From assembly GCF_006345805.1 (NCBI RefSeq), contig NC_043001.1:38688001-38752000 (forward strand): DNA of 64,000 nucleotides, read 5' to 3'. Source of the stretch: Octopus sinensis. Lineage: Eukaryota. A model generated the notes under the pieces. It searched no databases and was not told the DNA's origin. It saw nothing but the letters and a program-made list of their open reading frames with translations. Below are positions 36,582-49,600 of this stretch, in pieces (position 1 is the first letter of the stretch; each line of letters opens with the position of its first letter). Both the position numbers and the translations under genes were made by a program.

Positions 36582-39334
36582 AAAATAAGGTATTCAGAGA
36601 TCTGGATGGTTGTACATATACAAATATTTATTTAAATGTCGTATGTTTTTGCAAATCACACATAAGTGCTTTCATCTACTCTATCAGATTTTTCAGATTT
36701 AAATTTTGAGAAGGGATTTATTTCTTTTTATAGTATTAGTGAATGGATTGGGTGGAGAGAGAGGGGGAAAAAAGAGTAATGTGGAGTGTATAGGGTAGGA
36801 AAAAAAGGGAGAGAATGGGGAGATAGTGTATGTGTTTGTGTGTGTGTATCTGTGTGTGCGTGTGTATATATATTGTATTTTTATTTTGTATTTGATTTTG
36901 TATTTTATTTTGTAATTTTATTTGTATCGTTTTTACGTCCTGTTTGTGTCACATTTTTTTCTTTCCGTGTTTTTACCCCTCTGCGAAGTAATTTTATTTA
37001 ATTCTTTCGCAGGAAGGGCTAGTTTGATGAGTCGTGTTCTGTCCTCACCTTTGAAACACGCTGGAGTTGAACTAGGGACAGCTGATGAAGGGGCTTTTTC
37101 CTTGTGTAGTTTGTCTTGTACTCTGTTTTTTCGTTGTAAAAAAATGATCCGTTCCATGCTTGTTTTTACGTTTTCGTTACTCGTTGAGTTCTATGTCTAT
37201 TTGTGGTGTCCTGTACTCACGTATATATATTTATATATGCATGTATATATACATGTAGATGTAGGTACATACATATATGTATGTATGCATATATTTTATT
37301 CATTACACTATTGTATGACTGAGCTCCCTCGCATCGATTCGATTCGATTCGTTTCGTTTCTTCTTCTCCAAGTACAGTTTTTATATATAATTATGACGCG
37401 AAACTCTATACCTTTTGCTTGACCTCCCCTTCTTTCCCTATCTCTCACTCCTCCTCATCTCTCTCTCAGCCGCTTGTCTTCCTCTATCTCTCTCTCTCTC
37501 TCACTCCTCCTCATCTCTCTCACAGCCGCCTGAATACTTCCTTTTCGCCTGCGGCCTCCTAAGTATAACCACACGGTTTTTCTTGCGCTCTTAGAATCTT
37601 CCTCGTCTAGGCCAAAAAAAGGCCCTCTTCGTTTGTTTTCTTGTTTGTTTTTATTTCTCGTATTGTATTTTTTTGTAATTGTATTTTTATTTTGTATTTG
37701 ATTTTGTATTTTATTTTGTAATTTTATTTGTATCGTTTTTATGTCCTGTTTGTGTCACATCTTTTTCTTTCCATGTTTTTACCCCTCTGCGAAGTAATTT
37801 TATTTAATTCTTTCGCAGGAAGGGCTAGTTCACAGTCTCTAACCAAATTTCAGTATCAAGTACAGGGAGTCTATTGTTGGGGTGCTTAGTGAGGTAATCT
37901 ATAGTTACCTTGATACTTTGGTGGATGGAGTTAGCTATTTGCTGGATGCTCTCCATTATGTTCTACTCAGAACATAGGAAATATGCATAGTAGATATCAT
38001 ACCTCCATACTCACAGTTTACACATGTAGAGTAGAATAGTTAGTGAACTGTTATGTAGATAGATATGTGTATGTATGCACATGTGTTTTCTTTTTGTTTT
38101 TTGTATGTAAGCATATGGATATGAAAATAAACAGTTCAACATACAGACGGATAGGTACATAGATTATAAGAACAGACAAGCACATATATGCAAATGGAGA
38201 CTGAAACACATGACCATATATACACACACACTACTCCACACAAGGACACATATGGAGACACGGGTCCACACATATAGAGATCCATATCTATACATACAAA
38301 CATGGTACATAGTTGCAAAACAGACATGCACACACAAGGAGACAGAGGTGCATACATGAGCATGCAAGCACATGAATATACAGAATACATACATACAGAT
38401 GCGCACACATACATATATGTATACATATGCATAGACACACATATATACTTACACACACTTGCATACATGCATACACACATACATACGTGCATGCATGCAT
38501 AGGCACACACACACACACACACACTGACCCACACACATGCGCACAAACAAACAAAAAAGAACTCAGTGTAAATAACAGACAGTCAAGACTATTGAAAAGG
38601 TTGCAAGACGCAACGAAAATTTTAGGAAAATAAAAATAAGAAATAAGTGGAAATTTTACCGGTGAGTGTGATATATCATAAGGCACAAAAAGAAAATAAC
38701 TCTTCCCAGACACAACAGAATATGCTTCAACACACGAACTCATATAAAGAATCTTGCAAACCAAATCCAAAAACGAAACTTACACTAACCACCTGATCTT
38801 GACATTTTCACAGACCAAGAATCAACTTATCATCTATTGAAAGAACTGACCAACTGTATAGATATAAACATATTTTTTCTTCTTTCTTCCTTCCTTTCTT
38901 TCCTTCTCTTTTCCATTGACACTAAGAAAAAACACATTTTTTCACTTTGAAAACATTTTTCTTTCAGAAAACCTGGTGAGCTGGCAGAACCAAAGTAAGC
39001 ATCTGTCCTAGCCACCTACTTAAAAATATATATTCTTTTTCTTTGTCTCTTCTTCAAAAGGTTCCTTTCAGATACAGGAGCGCACACACACACACACACA
39101 CACAAACATTCTCAGTTTTTCCCTCCCTCCACTTACTCTTCTTTCTCCCCTCTCCCTCTCCACCCCAATCTATTCACTAATACTATAAAAATAGATAAAT
39201 CCCTTCACAAAATTTAAATCTGAAAAATCTATTAGAGTAGATGAAAGTGCTTATATGTGATTTGTAAAAACATTCCACACTTTAATAAATATTTGTATAT
39301 GTACAACCATCCAGATCACTGAATATCTTATTTA
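36582..39334. mobile_element. Composite element bounded by ~190-bp inverted repeats
   Basis: 36582-36770 is the reverse complement of 39143-39334; flanked by TA/AAT microsatellite. Confidence 0.7.
36873..37830 (+). repeat. Nested element with ~150-bp near-identical direct terminal repeats
   Basis: ttgtattt...cccctctgcgaagtaattttatttaattctttcgcaggaagggctagtt occurs at 36873-37025 and 37679-37830. Confidence 0.75.
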
Positions 39335-39344
39335 TTATATATAT

Positions 39345-39393
<49 letters not shown>

Positions 39394-39696
39394 TAATTAG
39401 AAAATGGAAATGAATTGAATATAAATGAATTTATAAATTAATCAATACCATCACCTACAATTGTTTCATTTCATGAAGTCAAAATTACAAGACATATACA
39501 AATATAAATAAAATTTTCATTTTAAATACCTTTGGTGAAAATCTTCAGGTTACATATAAGGACTACATAGTGATTTGATGGAATATTCAATTTATACACA
39601 GAATATATATTTATGTTTACTATGTGTAAGTGTGTGTGCACGCATTGTTAAAAATATTCATTCATTTTTTTAATTCAGTATTACTAATAACAATAT

Positions 39697-41452
39697 CATT
39701 GGGCAAAAAAAACAAACTGTCATGCTATTTAAACTTTTTCAAATGATTTAGGGTAATTTTAAGGTACTGAATCTGAATCTGACATCAGTTTTCAGACAGC
39801 AAGTGTAGCTTTTTTAGTTATTCACAGCATCAGATTTTCCAACCAATTGATAATATTGACAAAGTAGTAGGCTATTTGCTTTCAATTTTCATTCATATAC
39901 TCATCACGGAAACAAAAATAAGTGCTAATAGAGGTTAAATGTAAGCTACCTGTTAAATTGTCACACAAGATGAGAATTTATTTTACTTTGTTATTGCTGT
40001 AATTATAGTAAAGTTCTCCTCACAGAAGGCTATTGATATTAAGTTATAGAAAGCCACTCAGACACCCTTTCCTTGATAACTGTTAGTGCTGTTAAAACAA
40101 AGTACATCAAATAAGAGAGCCAGGTTACATGAAAAGCAGTTTAGTAGAAAGTTTAGTTATTTATTAAAGTGATCAATCCTTGAAATTTAGAGATGGAAAA
40201 AATTGTTTCATGATAGCCATAGCTTCAGTACATTCTATAATAATTTCAATGATTTTTTTGAGAAATATATTTTGATGTTTTACAGTAACATTTACATTTG
40301 ATTTATTTTATATTTTAGTTTAAGATAGTCTTCATTGAGTGTTGATTTAGGTTATTTCTGTTTATTTTTGATGAGGAGACAAGTTTGTGCTAATCACCAG
40401 GACAGCTTTTGTTATGTGTGGAAAATTTACATCAAAAGATCAGAGAAATAAGCTTACAACAAAATTTTAAAATGCTTACAAGCTTTACTTTGGGTTCAAA
40501 GTTGGGGACCAAGATAAACTGTGGGCACCTCCTCTTTGTTGCAAAAGCTGCTACATAGCTCTAACCCAATGGTTGAAAGATAAACGGCAAAGTATGCACA
40601 AACCAACAAACCACTATACCAATTGTTATTTCTGCTTAACTAATATCACAGGTTTCTCTAAGGAGAACAAATCCAAGATTTGTTTGTCCAGATTGCTCTT
40701 CAGCTTTAAAACCAGTTTCTCATGCTGCTGAAAATATTCCAATTCCAGAACCTCCTTCATCTTTTGACAAAGATAGTTTAAATGAAGAAAATACTGCATC
40801 TACTTCAATTGAAGGCATGTCAAGTGATACCGCAGATCACTGTGATGAACCAGGATCTTCGAAAAAGGTTCTGTATTTATTGAGTCCACTTGAGTTAAAT
40901 GATTTAGTTAGAGACTTGGGTTTAACAAAAGAAAAGTCAGAACTACTGGGCTCCAGGTCGAAACAATGGAATCTTTTACACCATGTTATAAAATATTCGT
41001 ACTTTCAAAACGGCATACAGAATTGCATTAATTCATTGCATGTAGGATTAAAGGAAATGTATGAATCAATGGATAAAATTTTGCACTTGATTAAATATTC
41101 TGAACACAAGTGGAATATATGCAGGGACTTGAAAGTTATTGGTTTGCTTCTTGGGTTGCAAATGAGGTATGTAAAGCGTTAGTGCTTTTTGTGCCTTTAG
41201 AACAGCAGAGATGACAAGCATCACTATAATCAAAAACAGTGGCCAAAGTGAAGAGAATTCACTCCAGGGAGATATGACATTAAATATATATCCCTTTAGT
41301 TGACCTTCAGAAAATTTTCCTTCATCCCTTACACATTAAATTTGGCTTGTTTAAGAATTTTGTTACGGCCATGAATGTAGACAGTGAAGGATTCAAATAT
41401 CTCAGTGAAAAATTTGTTTCTAGCATGAGTGAAACTAAAATCAAAGCTGGTG
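39697..41452 (+). mobile_element. Chapaev3-like DNA transposon, 3'-truncated
   Basis: Decayed transposase with FCYV, YFGFKVGDQDKLWAP, NHYTNCYFC, ELNDLVRDLGL, DLKVIGLLLGLQ and PLHIKFGL; CA(T)TGGGC start. The family name is from recall of motifs, not a search. Confidence 0.6.
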
Positions 41453-42513
41453 GACAAGATATCTCAAGAACAACCAGATGAATTCAGATGAAACTTTCAG
41501 GGATGCTTGGCCTCATGGCTAGCATAAACTGATTAGATTTTGGGATCAATCTGGTACTGGACAAGGATTCTAGATTATTTGTTATATTTACTTAAGTATT
41601 ACGATCTTACACTGAATTTTAAGTCTTTCTCTGATCATCTCCCTTGAAAGCACACCCATGGTTTCCACATAAGTTATGACAGTGTTGTTGCTTCCAAAGT
41701 ATTATTTTGTTTCTCTAATATTAATTTTACACACATCTCTATCTTAGTAGAAACTGATGGACAAAGAAATCAAACTACATAAACAAATGGCAGCAAAACT
41801 GCTCAGAAATTAAATAACACTAAAATATTTAGTAACAATAATAAATTTAATTTATCCTTGATAATTTTTAGTTTTACCAATTTTGAATATATAGCTCTTG
41901 TTCAAAACCTCTTACCTACTTGGCAATTGCATTTCTAGCTCTGCCTTGAAGGAAGCTTTACTTCTTGAACTCACATTTTTGTGTGCAACGATGTTGTTAA
42001 ACTTCCGTTAACAACACTGTATGCAGGTCCTTTCCATTTTCTTTCACACATGGATACATTTTTCACTATAGACTTTAATGGTCATTAAGACACTATATTA
42101 GTGGATAGACTAAAAAAGGCTTTCATAGAGAAAACTGTTCCTGTTCCCAATGCAGACGACACACATGCAGCATTACAAATATGGCCCCACACACCCACCT
42201 TCACATTCCATGACTACCATTGGGATGGATCAGATAGTGGATAAGGATTCTGGATTAATTTTCCGTGTTTTTTACTTAATTTTTGAGAGCAGTCAGGTTC
42301 ATTTTTAGTATTCTCGTTTGTGAGAGCAGTTAAGTTTATTTCAGATATTCTCATTTTAAAAATCTTCTCCAGTTAATCGTTGAGAGGACAGTGTTGCCTT
42401 GGTGGAGATTTGTGCTCTTGTTTAATATTCATATTTATATTTAAATTTAATAATAATGATAATAATCAATTAAATTATATAAGAGTAAAAGTAGATGATT
42501 AAAATATATAATA

Positions 42514-45500
42514 TCTTAATATAAAAAAATATTGTGTGTCCTCAATGCATGCTCAAAGTTCTGAATCAATTTGTACCATACTTGGGGTACATGAATAATT
42601 TGACCTTGGAAAGAATAATGCAACCTTGATTTATTTTTTGTTTTTTAAAATAAATAATATTGCGCTATAGAAAAGATTCACTTGTTCAAATCGTTTTCTC
42701 AACTTCCTGTGCTTGAACTTCCTGTCTTTGATGTCCTAACCAGATATTTACACACACATGTATGTATACATTATTACAGTTGTGATGATTCTGACAAAAA
42801 GAAATTCTAAAGGTACTTTCATGTCAGAAAACTAATTTCATATGGAGATAGAAACCATTTTTTCAGTTAATTAAATGAGGTACTATACATTGTACATTAA
42901 TTTTCCAAAACATATTTTGGCCAAATTGGGAACAAGTAGCTTTATTAAGACTTGATATTTCACATTTAAATCCCATGTGATTATTCTTGATGCAAATCAA
43001 CTTATTAACACTTTCACTTAATTGTATTGTCAATGTCAACATAGTAAATAAGTAACCAGCTATTTACACACACACACACACACATACACACGTATGTATA
43101 CATCATTACAGTTCTGACGGTTTCAGATAAAAAAGAATTTCTAAAGTTACTTACATTTTATATTTTCTTCTCCGGCTTTCTATTTGTGTAAGATATATAC
43201 TTATGTGAGTGTGTGTGTGTGTAAGAGAAAAAAATTTCATATGGAGATTTCATTTAATTGATCAATTGTCAACAGGGAATAATTACAGATTTCTGCAACC
43301 CTCAGAGACTTTGGATGATCATAACTTTAAGAAAAATGGATATTTTTTCATGAAATTTTCTACGAATATGTTCTATATCATGTAGATTCTGAATATACAA
43401 AATTTGTTGGGGGAAGAGTTCACTGGAGTCCTTTCAATCTGCTTAACTTTCAGGAAAATGGATATTTTTAAATGAAATTGTTGACAAATATACCTTGGAC
43501 TATGTACATATAGGATTTTGTGGGAAATCCTAAATGTACATATAGGAATTTTGGGGTGGGGTGGGGTGGGATGGGGAAACAATTGGGGATTATTTTTGAG
43601 AACTGTTCCTCATTTGGAGGTGTTTTGGAACAAGTCATCTGTATTTGTTACATTTTCTCTCTTTTGTGCATCCATAGATTTCTACTGAAGCAACAGGCAA
43701 TGAAAGCAAATGAACCCCTCACCAGAAAACTTATGCTAAAAATAACAGCTGAACGTATGGTACACAGATATATGCTACTAACATGACTTATCTATTGCAT
43801 ACAATTTTTTTTTCACTTGAAGTAAATTCCCAGGTAAATAGTTCTTATAGAAAGGGAGAAGACATCAGAAGCAAAAGTAAGGAATATATACATGCACAGT
43901 TAAATATAGAAGTGTAAAGTATAATGTGTTACATAATCTCTAAAATAAACATGATACTGAATGGAATAATTCCTCGTTTGATCTTTTTTCATTATATGTG
44001 TGTGTGTGAGGACACTGAAAATAAGCATGCTACCCCTTTGTGCTTTTGTTTTTTCTATGTATTCCCACCTTGTCTCCAACGGAGATTCTGAATATGCAAA
44101 AAATCTACTTTTAGACTTTTTAATACACCTACTCCTTAACTTTTCAATTTTTTTCTTGAAATTTTACAACTAGGGTTAAGCGTTATATACAGGTGCACAA
44201 ACACACAAAACGGAGAAACTGAAACAAATATGGATAACTTGTTCTGAAACATCCTCCAGTGGGGAATAGTTCACAAAAATAATCCCCAATTGTTTTCCTC
44301 CCAAATCCTATATGGATGGAATCTACATACTTCAAGGTATATTTGTATTAAAGAATATCCATTTTCTGAAAGTTAAGACAAATTCAAGTGAATTCCAGTG
44401 AATTTTCCGAAAATCCTCCTCCAACCCCTGCTAAAATACTTTTCCCCCAAAATTTGTATGTTGGGAATCTATTTGATATAACACATATTCATAAAATATT
44501 TCATTAAAAAATATCCATTTTTCTGAAAGTTATCATCATCCAAAGTTGGTGGGGAGGGGCAGAAAGCCTGTGGTAAGATGGTACCAACTGTCAATGATCT
44601 CATAATGCATGTGCTCCCAAACACTGCACAAAACTTTAGCAACAGTCAATGGCTCTGTGAGCGAGCCATCTTAGTACCATGTAATGATGCTATTAACAAA
44701 ATCGATTGGGATCTCTTGTAGCTGTTGCCTGGACAATAACAGTCCTTCAAACTAAGTTCTTGAACTCTCTACAGCCATCTGAGATGCTACCTCATCACTT
44801 AGCACTTAAAAAGGAGGCCCTAATCATGCTGCTCAGGAATCTGGAATCACCTCGACTGTGCAATAGCACCAGACTGGTGGTGAAAGTGATGTGACTCCAT
44901 GTCCCAGAAGCAATAATTATGACTAGGAACTATAAGGGCGAGGATGTCTTCATTCCACAGATCCTGTTAATCCCACATGACATCCCCTTTGAATTTAAAT
45001 GGTTCCAGCTCCCAGTGAAACTAAGTTTCGCTATGTTAATAAACAAGTCTCAAGGACAGTCTCTCTTGTTGAACTTCACCTTGCTTCTCGCATGGGCAAT
45101 TATATGTAGGATGTTCGCAGGTTGGAAGTCCCCAAAATCTTTTCATTTATACACCAATTACAGGACACACTCTAAACATCATTTAGAAGCTCTAGATAAT
45201 TAAACTGTGACTGATTGCTGGATTTGTTTCAATACATTTGTTTATACTCACATCATCACATAGAATTTTTATTAAATGTACTTATTAACAGGAGGAGAGT
45301 GCCTGCAGACTGGTTCTTCTCAAATTTATGCACTTTCAGGTTCAATGCATTTCAAATAAGTACTAATAATTGAAGGTGATTGCAAAGACAAAGAACTACC
45401 TGGTCTTTAACAGTTCTAACAGTGAAATGGATAAAACATGTTATTGACATTAATAGTTTGTACCTCAGCTAATTACTGTTGAGACCTGCATAATCCATGT

Positions 45501-45701
45501 TTCATTTTAGTTAGAGATCTAAAAGGTATTTTTAAATTTCATTATTTCCAATAACCTGGCAGGTTATTAATGTATAAAGTTGGTATCTCAGCTACTAGGA
45601 GGTAAGACCAGTGTAGCCTACGTTTCATGTTAGAGATCCAAAAGGTATTTTTAAATTTCATTATTTTCTTTAACCTGGGCAACAGTAGGTATTTCAGCTA
45701 G
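42514..45701 (+). mobile_element. Non-autonomous Helitron with PIF1 helicase remnant
   Basis: A|TC at 42514 ... cctgggcaacagtaggtatttcagCTAG|T at 45701; helicase motifs LLRNL..RLCNSTRL, FAMLINKSQGQS and FSHGQLYV (44580-45130). Confidence 0.85.
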
Positions 45702-45857
45702 TAATAAAATTAAATAAGGCAGCAGAAATAATGAATATAGAATAAATTAGATAAGAATAAAAATTATAAATAAAGGGAAAGTAAACTTTGTTTATGTGGG
45801 AATTCATGCACAAGTATACATCTGTGTGTGTGTATATGCATACATTGATTACATTGA

Positions 45858-46167
45858 GGAGCACTCCATTGGTTATGATGACAAAGGTCCTAGCTGATAT
45901 GATCGACAGGACAGCTTGCTCATGAAATTAATGTGCAAGTGGCTGAGCACTCCACAGACATGTGTACCCTTAATGTAGTTCTCAGGGAGATTCAGCATGA
46001 CATGGCTGGCCCTTTGAAATACAGGTGCTACTCATTTTCGCCAGCTGAGTGAACTGGAGCAACAGGAAATAAAGTGTCTTGCTCAAGGACACAATGCGTC
46101 ACTGAGAAATGAACTTATGATCTTATGATCATGAGCTGAATGCCCTAACCACTAAGCCATGTGCCTT
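45858..46167 (-). mobile_element. tRNA-derived SINE
   Basis: Reverse complement begins ggcacatggcttagtggttagggcattc...gtgtccttgagcaagacac. Confidence 0.7.
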
Positions 46168-46618
46168 TACTATGCATAGATGGATTATATTATGTGTATA
46201 TGTATACATGGATCACATTGTTCGTACATAAAAAACACCATCCGAGCGTGGCCGTTCGCCAGCCTCGTCTGGCACCTGTGTCGGTGGCACATAAAATCAC
46301 CCACTACACTCTCAGAGTGGTTGGTGTTAAGAAGGGCATCCAGCTGTAGAAACACTGCCAGATCTGACTGGCCTGGTGCAGCCTTCGGGCTTCCCAGATC
46401 CCAGTTGAACCGTCCAACCCATGCTAGCATGGAAAGCGGACGTTAAACGATGATGATGATGATGATGAAGGTAAATAAGTAAGCAGAAATAAGGAGTAAA
46501 GAATAAATAAAAATATAAAGGTGAAATAAATTTGCTTATGTGGTTATTTTTATTTATAATTAATTAATTCATTCATTATTTCTGCCTACTTATTTACGTT
46601 ATTTTATTGTATATTTTA

Positions 46619-49600
46619 CTAGCAGTATAGCTCGGTGTTGCCCGGAATTAAGTTAGGATTATAAAGTGATCAAGCGCTTTATTTCAAATCAAAATAAGTG
46701 ACACAGACATCAAATTTGAGCGAAATCCGTTGAAATTGGTATACTTTTGGCTGAAAATGGGTTGCAGGCAATTTGATTGGGAAATCCCATAAGGAATTGG
46801 TTTAACGATTATTTCCATTCAGCGATTGTTTATTTTTTTTTTTTGAGAACTTACAGCATTCAAAGATTCCATGGGTCCTAAGTAATGCTAGCATCAAGTT
46901 TGGGGAAAATATGTCAAAATATGCGAAAGTTATGGTTGAAAATGGGTGTAGCCAATTTTAGTAGGAAATCCTATAAGGAATTGGTTCATCAATTTTTATC
47001 CTGATTGAATGGAAAACCCCAAATGGATGCCTGCCACCAATAGTGTTTGGCCTTGGGATTTGTTGATGGTCATGGCGAAGCATGATCTCACTGGGAACTG
47101 TGATCTGCGGAGGTTAAATGGCATGTCTGACCCTGAGGGATAAAGCTGCATCCTTGAAATGAAAATATTTTCACCCCTCCTGCACCCTGTAACAATGGTG
47201 GCCTCAGTCAAGTGGGTTGTCAGAGACTTGATTACTAAGCAGGTCCCGTTGCACTGATTAGGCAGAAGCAAGTTTCTAACTAGCATAATTGGGCATCCAA
47301 CCCTTAGCCTAAGAATGTGAGTGGTAGCCATGTTGGCTCCAATGAGTTGAGAAACTCGATAGAGTAAATGACAATGTCTGGTGGGTCAGAGATCTAGTCA
47401 ATTGCTTTGTAGATGCACTCCTCACCTGGAATTCGACTTATGAGCTGGTCGTTGATAGCACTGACAGCTACGTTTTGGGGGGGCCAGGATGGTTCTTTCA
47501 CTGAGCCAATTGATGTCTGCATAATTACTTTCCAGATTGGGGAACACTGTTTCCAAAAGATCAGAAGGGTTGTTCACAGTGTTGCACAGTTCAGAGATGG
47601 ATATGTCACCCCTATAACTCCTAGGGACCTTGCCTTCTCCAAGGGTTAAAATGACTTCAGTAAATGCTGCAGACATGCTATCTCCAAGCAAGTGTGCACA
47701 CATGTTTGCGCTTAGGCTTAAGGTCTTAACCTGGAGCCACATCATCGATGACTTAAGGCATAAACGCACTTCATCAGCCTGGCTCCCTTTAGGGATGACA
47801 GGAAGTGTTTGCCACAAATCTCCTGAAAGTAATAGAGTTACACCACTCATAGAAGCTGTAGAATCCCTAATACCTTTCAGTGACTGGTCCAGTGCCTCAA
47901 GGGCACCCTTACTTGTCATTGTGCATTTGTCCCATACAATGAGATGGCACTAAGGACTTCAGCTTCCTCTGAAATTTTGCCAATCTTGCAAGTAGGAACC
48001 TCGGCCCTCACCAAATGTAAAGGCAGCCTGAATACCGAGTGCACCGTTCTACCTACCGGCAATAACGTAGCAGCGATTCCCGAGGAAGCAACTGCTAGTG
48101 CATTTGTTTCTTGCAATGAATATTAGCAAGTATTAATTGTGTTACAAAGGATTTTCTGGTACCTCTAGCAGCATTGAGGAAAAAAATGCCGCCCACCTGT
48201 TTTTCAATGGCACTGACGACAGTTTCGTACACTAGCCTCTGATCAGGCAGCAATTTTGGTTCATTTACTCTCAGGTACTCTGCAAGGCCATCAGCGTCAT
48301 ACGACAAGTCCAGATGTAACTTTGGTGGGAGTGTGTTAACGTCCTGTCGCAATGAGGATGGCAAACAGAATGTGTTCAACGCTGCCCCACCCATCCTGAG
48401 CAGGGCATCCTTGATTTCAATCAGCGCATTATTGTAGATCAGGTCATTGTATCCGATGTCAGCATTAGGGCACTGTTGCTTTGCCAGTCATCATTTGCCT
48501 TGACCATCAAGAAAGCAAAATTACAAACAGAGAATTTCATAAACAGAAATGAATGGAAAAAGGTTTTGAATTAAATTTTTAGACTAACACTTGCACGACT
48601 TTCACTAAGTAAAAAAAATTGATTTTTTGCTTGGAATCAACTACCAAGGCTACCTAATATGCTACAAAACCCTTTTTGTGGTCTAAAAAACAGGGTGGGC
48701 TGTAGTGGAAGCTTCTGAAATTTCACACCCCATACCCATTGATCTTTTCACCATCTATTCTTCAATGTATGTGGAAAAATAAGGAGATTAAGAATATGGA
48801 AAACATTTTTTTTTTTACTCTCAAATTTACCATGAAACACTCCAGGCAAATTTTTAGATAAAGCTCACACAATTTTCACTACGAAAATTTTTTATGTGCC
48901 ACCGGCATGGAAGCCAGTCAAGCTTCGGATGGTGCTTTTTACGTGACACCAGCACAGGTATCACAACTACAATTTCCATTTGATTTTTATTTGATGTTGA
49001 TGTACTTGACTCAATAGGCCTCCGCAAGCACAGCAGGCCACCCGACAATCCAAGATAAGCACAACAGGTCATCCTGTGATCCAAGGTACTTTGGATGGGC
49101 TGGGGCTGCTATGTGAAGCTGGTGCAGGAGACAGCCATGAACTCAAGTTATTTGTCAGGTTTTCACAGTCACAGCATGCCTCCAGAGTTCTCGGTATTTT
49201 GTCATTGCCTCTGTGAGGCCCAACGTTCGAAGGTCCTGCTTGACCACCTCATCCCATGTCTTTCTGGGTCTACCTCTACCCTGGATTCCTTCAACTGTTT
49301 GAGAGTGGCATTTCTTCAAACATCTTTCCTCATCCATCTTTAGTACATGACCATACCAGTGCAAAAGTCTCTCTTGCACGCCACATCCAATGCTTCTTAT
49401 GTCCAGTATTTCTCTCAGAGCACTTACACTCTGTCATGTGTGAACACTGACATTACACATCCAGCGGATCATGCTAGCTTCATTTCTTTCAAGCCAATGC
49501 ATGTCCTCTGCAGTCACAGCCTATGTTTCACTACCATGAAGCATTGTAGTTAACACACATGCGTCGTACAATCTACCTTTCACTCTGAGCGAGAGACCCT

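Noticed and set aside
37045-37120. CUGAUGA with hairpins (possible hammerhead)
   Set aside because: There is no GAAA after stem II in the type I reading and no stem I in the permuted reading.
38136-38770. Cys/Val/Met-rich ORFs
   Set aside because: They derive from degenerate (CA)n/(CATA)n low-complexity sequence.
39505-39552. CUGAAGA...GAAA motif in the long inverted-repeat arm
   Set aside because: No stem I partner; likely chance in AT-rich sequence.
41910-42060. Exon-like segment with a gtaaga donor that could fix the phase of exon 34008-34257
   Set aside because: No clear acceptor, stops upstream, no Ig features, and it lies inside repeat-derived sequence.
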